The notes beneath the pieces are model-generated. The model searched no databases. It had not been told where the DNA came from and saw only the letters and a list, made by a program, of their open reading frames with translations. The translations under genes were made by a program, and so were the position numbers. A stretch of DNA of 20,515 nt from Cyanobacteriota bacterium (lineage in GTDB: Bacteria; Cyanobacteriota; Cyanobacteriia; Cyanobacteriales; Microcoleaceae), in NCBI GenBank assembly GCA_034190295.1, contig JAXHSW010000023.1:6015-26529 (forward strand), written 5' to 3'. Of this stretch, positions 1-7,796 are shown piece by piece. How positions within the stretch are numbered: the stretch's first letter is position 1; the number at the start of each line of letters is the position of its first letter.

Positions 1-349
1 TGCGGTTCATTTCTTTAGGTGTATTTCCTGGAGAAAGAATCTCAAATACTACTTGTGGAGCAATATTATTTTCTTTCCATTGTTGATAAGAACCCCTGTC
101 TCCTTTTGGCACTCCAAAAACTACCATTACATCTGGCGCTTGTCGTAATTTATTATTACCTTCTACCGGATACCAAAGTAAATCTCCTGCCACAAAAATT
201 TCATTATTATCTGCAAATAACCAAGCTAAATTATAATGAATAACTGTAATCCAACGAAATTGAATTGTATTATCTGACATGGGTTGTCCATCACTATCTG
301 GATAAACTATTTCTGAGTTAGTTTGAGATAAGGGAAGTTGTATTGTCAT
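1..349 (-). CDS. Uma2-family (DUF820) putative endonuclease, 5' part only; the gene runs off the left window edge
   Basis: Minus-strand ATG at 347-349, open to position 1. I translated it as MTIQLPLSQTNSEIVYPDSDGQPMSDNTIQFRWITVIHYNLAWLFADNNEIFVAGDLLWYPVEGNNKLRQAPDVMVVFGVPKGDRGSYQQWKENNIAPQVVFEILSPGN. This matches the highly conserved cyanobacterial Uma2/DUF820 pattern (YPDSDG, FVAGDLLWYPVEGNN, APDVMVVFG, VVFEILSP). It is absent from the ORF track because no stop falls inside the window. Confidence 0.7.
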   Translation of the reverse strand, partial: MTIQLPLSQTNSEIVYPDSDGQPMSDNTIQFRWITVIHYNLAWLFADNNEIFVAGDLLWYPVEGNNKLRQAPDVMVVFGVPKGDRGSYQQWKENNIAPQVVFEILSPGNTPKEMNR

Positions 350-450
350 ATTTTATTTCCTCGGGTGCCTCAGTATTTTTAGTATAGCAATTCCCAAGAA
401 GCGTGAGGTACAAAATTGGTTTCTTTTAGGGAGTAGGGAGTATTCAACAA

Positions 451-560
451 TTAATAATTACCTCTCCTTGAAAAAAAGAGGATTGACTAATTATGAAAAA
501 TTTTTCTTGTTTCTCCTTTAAAGGAGAGGCTTTAAAACTTAATTATTCGGTAATTCGGGA
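451..560. repeat. Dispersed repeat family A, copy 1 (AT-heptamer lead-in, then cctctccttgaaaa...gattgactaat, then a CCCCTTAAAAGGGGAGGCTTTAAACC...TTTTCGGTAA hairpin module)
   Basis: Shares an ordered ~110-bp consensus with 3122-3250 and 12988-13104. Partial hairpin-module copies lie at 3085-3125, 3493-3555 and 9556-9605. Confidence 0.8.
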
Positions 561-850
561 AAAGAGGGAATAGAAAAGAAGAAAAACAACTGTACCTCAG
601 TAACTTGATAAACGCTATATATAGTATTTAAGTATTTAATTAATTCAGGCACAATGAAGATATATAGAGATTTTGAAACAATCATTTTTTTTGCTTTCCA
701 TAAATCCATCAATATCGTTGTTCTATAGTCTGTTTTTGATTTTAAAAATATTGGCTAAATTTGGCATCAATTAAATGATTATATTTTGCCAACTTTAACG
801 TAAGTATTTCCTCCGGAATGCTGCGCAAATTAGCACTCGCTTTTAACTGT

Positions 851-1078
851 TGACTTTTGACTTATAACTTCCGTAAAACGGTATTGCTTCTTCCTTCTTC
901 CTTCTTCTTTCTTCCTTCTTCTGCTAGAAAATCTTAATGCATGACTTTTGACTTATAACTTCCGTGAAACGGTATTGCTTCTTCCTTCTTCCTTCTTCTT
1001 TCTTCCTTCTTCTGCTAGAAAATCTTAATGCATGACTTTTGACTTATAACTTCCGTGAAACGGTATTGCTTCTTCCTT
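851..1078. repeat. Tandem 91-bp repeat, about 2.5 copies (units begin at 851, 942 and 1033); each unit contains the TTGACTT doublet and a CTTCCTT heptamer tract
   Basis: A near-identical string (tgacttttgacttataacttccgt[a/g]aaacggtattgcttcttccttcttccttcttctttcttccttcttctgctagaaaatcttaatgca) repeats with a 91-bp period. The last copy is truncated where the minus-strand hydrolase stop codon begins. Confidence 0.9.
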
Positions 1079-2810
1079 ATTTTTTTAATAGAGACTCTAG
1101 ATATTGAAACCAGGAAGACCTAACAATAATTACAATAATTCCTATGGGCAAAAATAAAAATAATCCAAGCATCTGTAATGCCAATATTCCCTTACTCATT
1201 ACCACTACCCATAAACCATCTATGACTCGCTGATACAATACCCCGAAAAAAGCCAACAATAATAACCCTAATAAACCAATTTGTTTCTGAGAAATATTAC
1301 TCACTCCAGTAAAAACAAACGGACGACGTAACCATTTCACACCCTCCAATAAAATTTGCTCTACTATTAGCAAAGTTATCCCAGACCACATCAACTCTAA
1401 CAACACTAATAATATAAACAACCAACTAACTTGTAATTCTAAAGTATAAGTAGGAATCAAAATTAATTTAGCTGCTATGGTGTAGTTATAGAAAGCAAAA
1501 AACGGCCACAGGAGCAAAAATAGAGGTAAACTCATCAGATAATTTGGCGTAGTTAAAATTTCAGTTACTCCACATAATAATGTTGGCAATAAAAACGCCA
1601 CTATAAATAACAAAATATATAAACAGACAACTCGCAAAATAGAAGTCAACTTGTCAGAACGACGTAAAGCATAATTACTAAACAGTTGCAAAACATAACA
1701 AAACACCAACATATTACTAGCGCTTCTAGTTGGTGCCAGACCCTTTATTGCCATCCACCAAATAACTGTCATTTGTATTGCCAATAACCAGGTAACACAA
1801 CGTCGCCATAATAACTGTACTTTTAACGTTGCTGCTTTTTTTATCTGACGAAAATATATTTCTTCTACCAAACTTTCTCCTCTGGTTTCTGTAGTCTGCA
1901 TTCTAATTTTTTCATCAGGTCGGAGTAATACACAAACACCAGAAGCAATACCACCTGCAAATGTTAATAACATAGAAATAATTAAACCCGGTGCAGCTAA
2001 TTTTACCTCCTTAGCAGAATTAACATCTAAACTACGTTGCACCCACTCAATAATTTCCGTCATTAACTGCGGGTCGTAGGTAGCGATGATATGGTCAGCA
2101 GTGCCAGAAATTATCAACAGTCGAGCAGTACCATTACTGAAACTACCGCAAATATTATTACCATTATTGATGCAAACAGGATTTTTGCTACCCGTTGCTT
2201 GTTGCAACATAATTCGTAAATCTTCAGGAGGGTTAATTTGCTCGTATACACCAGCGCCCAAAAATAGATTTCGAGGAGTAGTGGTAGTAGCGGTGCCACT
2301 CATACCTAAAATAATTGTCGAGCGCAATAGTTTTTCTGTTTGCCCTAATTTTAATGCTGTTGCACCACCCATAGAATGACCGAGAATACCAATACGGTCT
2401 GGGTCAAAAATGTCTGGGCGATCGCGAATGTATGCGAGAACTGCTTTAGCATCTGCTTTAGTATTTTTGTCTAGGTTTTCTATAGACTTTTCTCTATTTT
2501 TCAGTGGGTAAGACTCGCCATAACCGCCAAAGTCAAAAGCGATCGCTGCTATTCCATGTCTTGCCAATTCTACTGCTAAAGGTGTCATCATTTCTTTGCT
2601 ATTGTTAACACCATGACACAATAATATTACTGGATGAGGTTTTGTTGTGGTGGGGGTATAGATACGACTGACTAAATTTCGTTGAGAGTCTATTTCAATA
2701 TTTATAGATGTTACTTCAATGTTGATAGTAGGATTAAATATAATTGATAATATTAAGCCTGTTCCTAATAATAGCAAACTTAGTAAAAATCCATAACGAT
2801 GCCCATTCAT
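1077..2810 (-). CDS. Membrane-anchored alpha/beta-hydrolase (Ser-Asp-His esterase/lipase-type) fused to a C-terminal polytopic membrane domain of about 280 aa
   Basis: 577-aa ORF. It begins with an N-terminal signal/anchor helix. The hydrolase has an HG oxyanion motif (LLCHGVNNS) and a nucleophile elbow (GHSMGG), with a later GTADH that supplies the acid and His. After about residue 290 there are at least eight hydrophobic helices with no histidines. An EEIYFR motif resembles CPBP motif 1, but the His motifs are missing. The stop codon directly abuts a 91-bp tandem repeat. Confidence 0.8.
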   Translation of the reverse strand: MNGHRYGFLLSLLLLGTGLILSIIFNPTINIEVTSINIEIDSQRNLVSRIYTPTTTKPHPVILLCHGVNNSKEMMTPLAVELARHGIAAIAFDFGGYGESYPLKNREKSIENLDKNTKADAKAVLAYIRDRPDIFDPDRIGILGHSMGGATALKLGQTEKLLRSTIILGMSGTATTTTPRNLFLGAGVYEQINPPEDLRIMLQQATGSKNPVCINNGNNICGSFSNGTARLLIISGTADHIIATYDPQLMTEIIEWVQRSLDVNSAKEVKLAAPGLIISMLLTFAGGIASGVCVLLRPDEKIRMQTTETRGESLVEEIYFRQIKKAATLKVQLLWRRCVTWLLAIQMTVIWWMAIKGLAPTRSASNMLVFCYVLQLFSNYALRRSDKLTSILRVVCLYILLFIVAFLLPTLLCGVTEILTTPNYLMSLPLFLLLWPFFAFYNYTIAAKLILIPTYTLELQVSWLFILLVLLELMWSGITLLIVEQILLEGVKWLRRPFVFTGVSNISQKQIGLLGLLLLAFFGVLYQRVIDGLWVVVMSKGILALQMLGLFLFLPIGIIVIIVRSSWFQYLESLLKK

Positions 2811-2942
2811 AAATATTGGCCTCTATTTCAGCTCATAAGAATTATTGTTCCCTATTTTTGTGGTTTTATCAACAATTAGTTTATGATTAAATTCAGCAAA
2901 TATACTTTTTTTAGGGGGAAAAAAGATAGCAATTCAATAATT

Positions 2943-2970
2943 GATAATGGATAATGGATAATGGATAATT
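2943..2970. repeat. ATAATGG heptamer tandem repeat (x3.5)
   Basis: gataatggataatggataatggataatt. Confidence 0.85.
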
Positions 2971-3121
2971 ATCTCAGGTTTTAACCGTTACGGAATTGAA
3001 TGTAAGGAAATATTATTTCTTCTCTTGGTCGATTGGATATGGCGCAGGTTTCCTAGCCATCCCACCCAACGGGGAAGCTACTCAACGACCGCTTTTTTCC
3101 CCTTGAAAGGGGAGGCAGATT

Positions 3122-3250
3122 CAATAATTGATAATTAATAATTGATAATTGATAATTACCTCTCCCTAAAACGGATAGGATTGAATAAAAGGAAAATTTT
3201 TCTTTATTATCCCCTTAAAAGGGGAGGCTTTAAACCACAATTTTCGGTAA
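3122..3250. repeat. Dispersed repeat family A, copy 2
   Basis: gataattgataattacctctccctaaaacggataggattgaataaaaggaaaatttttctttattatccccttaaaaggggaggctttaaaccacaattttcggtaa. It aligns with 451-560 and 12988-13104. Confidence 0.8.
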
Positions 3251-3430
3251 GCTGAATTATTTAATTAATAATTAATAATTATTAATTTTTCGGTAAAAAT
3301 AGTATGGAGCATCAAAAATATTTCAAGCTATTAGTTATCTTACTAGGGGATAATTTATGATTGACAATTTAAGCATCCAAAGCTCATATTTTTATTATCA
3401 ATATTTTGATTTTGGGTTTAATACCCCGCC

Positions 3431-3555
3431 GTCATTTCAGTTATCAGTTATCAGTTATCAGTACCGACCACTGAAGTAGAAGGCTTGAAATACTGAAGTA
3501 GACTTTTTTTCATCTCCTTAAAAGGGGAGACTTGAGACCTTACTTTTTGGTCAAT
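3431..3555. repeat. Dispersed repeat family B, copy 1 (gtcatttcag, then (TTATCAG)n, then taccgaccRctgaag...ggcttgaaa, then a CCCCTT..AGGGG hairpin module)
   Basis: A near-identical ordered module is at 9485-9605. A partial inverted copy is at 5575-5635. Copy 1 sits ~110 bp upstream of the SDR–PhyH start. Confidence 0.8.
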
Positions 3556-3621
3556 GGGGGTGCTTAAAATTGTTTGGGGTTTGTAGACGCGGAGAAGCCC
3601 TTCGTTGACTATCCCCATCCG

Positions 3622-3656
3622 CTTCTTCCTTCTTCCTTCTTCCTTCTTCCTTCTTA
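3622..3656. repeat. CTTCCTT heptanucleotide tandem tract (STRR-like), immediately 5' of the SDR–PhyH start codon
   Basis: cttcttccttcttccttcttccttcttccttctta, ending 10 nt before the ATG at 3667. Confidence 0.9.
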
Positions 3657-3666
3657 CTTTTAATTT

Positions 3667-5265
3667 ATGAATCAAGATTTACAAAATCAAGTATGTATTG
3701 TTACGGGTGGAAATTCTGGTGTTGGTTTAATGACTGCTGTTGGTTTAGCAAAATCTGGATGTCATGTATTTATTGCCTGTCGTTCTATTAGTAAAGCCAC
3801 AAAAGCTGTAGATTATATTCGTCAAATTAGTGGCAATAAAAACGTTGAATTTTTACCTTTAAATCTAGCTTCTTTAGATTCAGTTCGTCAATTTGTTGAT
3901 TTGTTCTTAGCCAGGCAACTTCCTCTAAATATTTTAGTTAACAATGCCGGGATTTTTAATCAAAGAGGTATTACTCAAGAGGGCTTTGAACTAATTTGGG
4001 GAACCAACTATTTAGGTCATTTTTTACTGACATATCTTTTGTTAGAAAAACTCAATACTTCTGCATTTAGTCGAATTATTATGGTGGCTTCCGATTTAGC
4101 ATTAAAACCAAAAACTATTCCTTGGAATTTATTAGTCAAAAAAACACCCCTCAACTTTTTAGAACTTTATTCTGTCTCTAAATTATGTTTGTTGCTTTTG
4201 ACAACTGAACTTGCCAGACAGTTAGAAAATACAAATGTAACTGTTAATGCCGTTCACCCAGGATTTGTCCAGTCAAATATTACAATTTGGCATAGTCTGA
4301 GTAAATATTTAGGTTTAGGAATTTCTCCAGAAAAAGGAGCAAATAGTACATTATTCTGTGCCCAGTCTAGTCAACTAAAAGAGATAAGTGGTAAATTTTT
4401 TGATTCTCAAACCCAGGAAATTCCTTTGCCAAAAATAGCAACAGATATCGACCTAGCAAAACAACTTTGGGAAAGAAGTTTACTCTGGAGTGGATGCCAA
4501 AATACAACAACTAACGAAACAATTAATTACGATAACTTTTCTGGAATATCCGGTCCTTACACCCTCAAACTAGACAGTCAAGAAATTAGTCAAATTGCCA
4601 AAACAATTTTTGCCGAAATCTTACCAAAATCTCCAGGCAAATTATTATTTTTACGCCTTTTAAAATTTTTATGGAAATTGAAATTTGGTTCAGCCTTTCT
4701 ATTATTAGTTCAAATTTGGAAACAAGAATTTCACATGGAAAGACATCTTGATTCTCCTGAAATTTGGAAAATATGTCAGGATGAAAAATTATTAGCAACA
4801 TTGCAAGAATATTTAGGAGAAAAATTAGTATTATGGCGTTCCGAACTCTGGGTAAATTATCCCGCAAAACAATTAATTCCCTTGTGGCACAGAGACTCTT
4901 ATCCAAAATTGCTTTCTGGTGTAGGTAAAACAATTAATATTTATATTGCTCTAACTGAAGTTAATAAATTTAATGGCTTTGAATTTATACCAAATATTCA
5001 GAAAAGTAACAATTTATCTGTAAAAATGACAGACCCTTTTAGTGGCAATGATTTCTTTGAAGTTACAGAAAAATTGGCAGAAAATTCAGTGCCAGTCATT
5101 CTCAAACCAGGTCAATTTGTGATGTTTACAGATGAACTTATTCATCGCTCTGTATGTAATACTAGCGGTAAAATTAGACTGTCATTAACTTTACGAATTA
5201 CTCAACCTAGCGTAGAAGTTTTACCTAATTATAATCCTAATTATCAACAGTCAGTATTGTTGTAG
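3667..5265 (+). CDS. Two-domain oxidoreductase: N-terminal short-chain dehydrogenase/reductase (SDR) fused to a C-terminal PhyH-like Fe(II)/2-oxoglutarate dioxygenase
   Basis: SDR signatures: a TGGNSGVG Rossmann motif, NNAG, and a YSVSK (YxxxK) active site. The C-terminal half carries WHRDSY (the HxD facial-triad element), a distal LIHRS histidine, and a basic RLSLTLR stretch that would bind 2OG. This is the phytanoyl-CoA dioxygenase family pattern. CT-heptamer tracts sit immediately upstream and purine-heptamer tracts immediately downstream. Confidence 0.8.
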   Translation: MNQDLQNQVCIVTGGNSGVGLMTAVGLAKSGCHVFIACRSISKATKAVDYIRQISGNKNVEFLPLNLASLDSVRQFVDLFLARQLPLNILVNNAGIFNQRGITQEGFELIWGTNYLGHFLLTYLLLEKLNTSAFSRIIMVASDLALKPKTIPWNLLVKKTPLNFLELYSVSKLCLLLLTTELARQLENTNVTVNAVHPGFVQSNITIWHSLSKYLGLGISPEKGANSTLFCAQSSQLKEISGKFFDSQTQEIPLPKIATDIDLAKQLWERSLLWSGCQNTTTNETINYDNFSGISGPYTLKLDSQEISQIAKTIFAEILPKSPGKLLFLRLLKFLWKLKFGSAFLLLVQIWKQEFHMERHLDSPEIWKICQDEKLLATLQEYLGEKLVLWRSELWVNYPAKQLIPLWHRDSYPKLLSGVGKTINIYIALTEVNKFNGFEFIPNIQKSNNLSVKMTDPFSGNDFFEVTEKLAENSVPVILKPGQFVMFTDELIHRSVCNTSGKIRLSLTLRITQPSVEVLPNYNPNYQQSVLL

Positions 5266-5335
5266 AAGAAGGAAGAAGCAAGAAGGAAGAAGCAAGAGGG
5301 AAGAGAGAAGGAAAGAATAAATTAATAAAAAAGGA
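5266..5335. repeat. AAGGAAG-type purine heptamer tract (inverse orientation of the CTTCCTT tracts), immediately 3' of the SDR–PhyH stop
   Basis: gaagaaggaagaagcaagaaggaagaagcaagagggaagagagaaggaaag starts one nt after the TAG stop. Confidence 0.85.
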
Positions 5336-5344
5336 AGAATAAAT

Positions 5345-5370
5345 GTAAGCATTTCCTACGGAATGCTTAC
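5345..5370. other. Perfect 9-bp-stem hairpin GTAAGCATT-(tcctacgg)-AATGCTTAC, 80 nt downstream of the SDR–PhyH stop. It is a family C core fragment, and a possible transcript 3' structure.
   Basis: Read directly. No U-tract follows it, so it does not look like a classical intrinsic terminator. Confidence 0.4.
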
Positions 5371-5574
5371 GAATAAATTAAGATTAACCGCGTTGTAGAT
5401 AGGTATTTTATAAGATTAGACTAGCTCCTTCTAAGCTGAAAATTATAATTTTATTATCCTTCGGATGTCTCTTAGATAAAAAAAGGATACTCACACTAAG
5501 AAATGATATTTAAGTTATTTATGTTGACAATAAAAAATCAGGTCTCAAATTCTCGCCTCTCTATTACAGGAGGT

Positions 5575-5635
5575 AGTGATAACTGAAGTCCGCAGTTCTT
5601 CCGGAAGAGACTAACTGATAACTGAATTGACTTTT
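5575..5635. repeat. Partial inverted copy of repeat family B (heptamer ATAACTG = reverse complement of CAGTTAT)
   Basis: The reverse complement reads gtcaattcagttatcagttagtc...cttcagttatcac. This matches the 5' part of the family B copies. Confidence 0.6.
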
Positions 5636-5992
5636 ATAGAACCCATTTGATAGCTATCTATTTCTGAATTTCCTGAGTTCACCAGGACTGACTCCGACAG
5701 CTAAAAGCACATACCGCGTGCCAAGATAACATCAGGGTTCTATAAAAAGTCTAACTACTTGTAGAAAACATTTATTGCCCTTAGTATTATACAACTGGCA
5801 ATAGAGATATCCGTCCTCCATAAACTACTAACTTTGGGTATAATATCTCTATATCTAACGAAGAAAGTTTTAATAAGAATTAAAAATTCTACTGATGAAA
5901 TAAAAATAAATTTTCTAGTAAAACACAAATTTTTTTTACAAATAACCTGAAAAGAAAACTAATTTGCCAGAATATAAATAGATCGAGAGGAT

Positions 5993-6619
5993 GTGAAAAA
6001 TTATGAAGGACAACTTATGGAATCAACTTATGTTTTCTGTCTAATTATTGGTGGAGTATTTGTGGCACTCTCCGCCTTTGCCGGTCTAGATGGTGTAGAT
6101 TTTGACCAAGACTTTGAGGCAGACTTAGAAATTATAGATCGATCGAATAGACAAGTTAATACTTCAATAGATCGGCGTCGCCGAGGATTATGGCTACCAT
6201 TATTCAGCCTCAAATTTTGGACTTTTGGCAGTTGTTTCTTTGGGCTAACTGGAATTTTATTATCCTATATTTCTCCCACTCTTTCACCAACAATAATTGC
6301 TATTATTTCTATAATTGTTGGTATTTTATGTGGCACAATTATGGCATGGGCATTACATACTTTAAAAAATAGTCAAGCTGATAGCTTGGTCCGTAGTGGC
6401 GACCTCGTAGGTCTTTCTGGAATTGTGGAAATTCCTTTTGATAATAATAGTAGAGGAAAAATTAGATTAAATGTGAAGGAGTCTGTGGTAGAACTGATGG
6501 CTTTTACCGAAGAATTTAGGGAGTTTACCAGAGGAGAAAAAGCATTGATAGTGGGAATAGAAAATAATAGAGCATGGGTAGTATCAGAAGATTATCTAGA
6601 TAAAATATCAGAGGATTAA
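5993..6619 (+). CDS. NfeD-like (YuaF/YqiJ-type) membrane protein: three TM helices plus a C-terminal OB-fold
   Basis: 208 aa. It has three hydrophobic helices, followed by a C-terminal segment GDLVGLSGIVEIPFDNNSRGKIRLNVKESVVELMAFTEEFREFTRGEKALIVGIENNRAWVV. That segment is typical of the NfeD short-homolog beta-barrel partner of SPFH/flotillin proteins. It lies upstream of two flotillin genes. The start could alternatively be the Met at 6020. Confidence 0.72.
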   Translation: MKNYEGQLMESTYVFCLIIGGVFVALSAFAGLDGVDFDQDFEADLEIIDRSNRQVNTSIDRRRRGLWLPLFSLKFWTFGSCFFGLTGILLSYISPTLSPTIIAIISIIVGILCGTIMAWALHTLKNSQADSLVRSGDLVGLSGIVEIPFDNNSRGKIRLNVKESVVELMAFTEEFREFTRGEKALIVGIENNRAWVVSEDYLDKISED

Positions 6620-6776
6620 TCTGAGAATTTTTAAGCTATGCTCTATTATACCAATTCATAAGTATTAATGCTATACTTAAGTAACACTTCAGTTATTAAG
6701 TCATTAACACAATTCTTCTAACTTTTTTGCTAATTAGCAGCTCAGTTAATGTTAATTATTCTTATTTTTACTTCTC

Positions 6777-6895
6777 CCTGTACGGGCGATTTCCTTCGGA
6801 ATACTTCCCTACGGGATGCTACGCAAACGTAAACGCGTAATTAGGAGCATGACCTTAGGAAATAGCCCCTACTCCCCTGCTCAATAAAGTGTAGA
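6777..6895. repeat. Degenerate copy of repeat family C (half-palindrome cgcgtaattaggagcat retained)
   Basis: It aligns with 18037-18120, starting ctgtacgggcgatttcc and ending cccctactcccctgctc. Confidence 0.65.
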
Positions 6896-6991
6896 AAAGT
6901 TTTTGATAAATGGTATTACTATTTCCCTATTCCCCAATTTCAAAATATTTTCTGCAAAACTTAAATATAGTTGCTATATAAATAAATCGGT

Positions 6992-7336
6992 ATGAAAAAT
7001 CAACTTTTAATATTAGCCTATATTTCAGTGGCAGTAGGAATATTTGGTGGAATGTTAATAGTATTATTGTTGTCGATTTTTCGACAAAACCAAGTCATAA
7101 ATAGTCTTGTCACCCCTCAAGATTTTTTAGGTAGACCCTGCACTGTGGAAATTTCATTTGATATTCATAGTAGAGGTAAAGTTAGTCTAAATGTAAAAGG
7201 GTCTAACATAGAATTAATTGCCCGTACAACAGAAGAATCTAAAGAATTTACTAAGGGAGAACAGGTTTTTATTATCGGCACAGAAAATAATCAGGTGTGG
7301 GTGATTTCCCAATCATCTTTTCAACACCAAAAATAA
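6992..7336 (+). CDS. NfeD-like short paralog: one TM helix plus a C-terminal OB-fold
   Basis: 114 aa. It has a single N-terminal TM helix and a C-terminal segment GRPCTVEISFDIHSRGKVSLNVKGSNIELIARTTEESKEFTKGEQVFIIGTENNQVWVIS. This segment is clearly paralogous to the C-terminus of the 5993-6619 product (same spacing of G-x-V, SRGK, L/VNVK and G-E-x-V motifs). Confidence 0.68.
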   Translation: MKNQLLILAYISVAVGIFGGMLIVLLLSIFRQNQVINSLVTPQDFLGRPCTVEISFDIHSRGKVSLNVKGSNIELIARTTEESKEFTKGEQVFIIGTENNQVWVISQSSFQHQK

Positions 7337-7344
7337 TCATAATT

Positions 7345-7380
7345 GAAGAAGGAAGAAGGAAGAAGGAAGAAGAAAGAAAA
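7345..7380. repeat. GAAGGAA purine heptamer tract 3' of the nfeD-like paralog 2 gene
   Basis: gaagaaggaagaaggaagaaggaagaagaaagaaaa. Confidence 0.85.
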
Positions 7381-7444
7381 AATGGATGGGGTTTGAATCC
7401 CCAACCAATTGTAAACACCATCTGGACGGTGGGGTATTGAAGTA

Positions 7445-7474
7445 GCAATCAGCAATCAGCGATCGGTAATCAGC
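7445..7474. repeat. AATCAGC heptamer tandem repeat (imperfect, x4)
   Basis: gcaatcagcaatcagcgatcggtaatcagc. Confidence 0.8.
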
Positions 7475-7483
7475 TTCTCAAGG

Positions 7484-7494
7484 TGTATAATGGG
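7484..7494 (+). promoter_or_regulatory. Candidate -10 element (extended TGTATAATG) in the 460-bp gap upstream of flotillin paralog 1
   Basis: tgtataatggg read directly. No convincing -35 hexamer, and no transcription data. Confidence 0.2.
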
Positions 7495-7796
7495 TGATAC
7501 TCTAGAGTTGCCGCTCCGCGTCTTATAACCCCCATAAAAGGCGCACCACTAATTTTTAAAATAAATATAGTGGGGGACTTAAACCCTTGAATTTTTAGCG
7601 CTCCAGCTAAATGCTGGCAAGAGTCCCATGACTATCACGAAAAGCTGATAGCTAGTTAAACCCAAAATCAAAAGATAATGAATAATCACATAGATTTTCA
7701 AGTCAACAAACGATTTGTCTGCTAGTTACCCCGAACTTCCATACTACTACATGAAAAATACTATATTTCAGAAAAATAAATGAGGAAACTTAACTA

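Noticed and set aside
19-243. 74-aa + strand ORF at the window start
   Set aside because: It is antisense to the conserved Uma2-family coding sequence, which is clearly the real gene here.
851-1078. Possible CRISPR array
   Set aside because: The units are 91 bp and directly contiguous, with no unique spacers and no cas genes. This is a minisatellite-like tandem repeat.
2086-2379. 97-aa + strand ORF, plus 61-aa and 115-aa antisense ORFs inside larger genes (2114-2299, 4586-4933, 7972-8824, 10304-10940, 11736-12746, 14930-15795)
   Set aside because: All are embedded antisense or out-of-frame within strongly supported longer CDSs. They have no motifs and their composition mirrors the host gene.
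3451-3675. 74-aa minus-strand ORF (MIHKLKVRRKKEEGRRKKR...)
   Set aside because: It lies entirely within repeat family B and the CTTCCTT heptamer tract. Its Lys/Arg/Glu-rich sequence is the translation of AAGGAAG repeats.
6190-6372. 60-aa + strand ORF and 61-aa minus ORF overlapping nfeD1
   Set aside because: They are alternative-frame readings of the nfeD1 membrane segment. The main frame carries the recognisable NfeD C-terminal domain.
7383-7412. tRNA-like T-arm (GGGGTTTGAATCCCCA) suggesting a tRNA gene or integration-site remnant
   Set aside because: Only a single stem-loop resembles a T-arm. On either strand there are no acceptor, D or anticodon arms upstream, and the flanking sequence is heptamer repeat. 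I did not call a tRNA.
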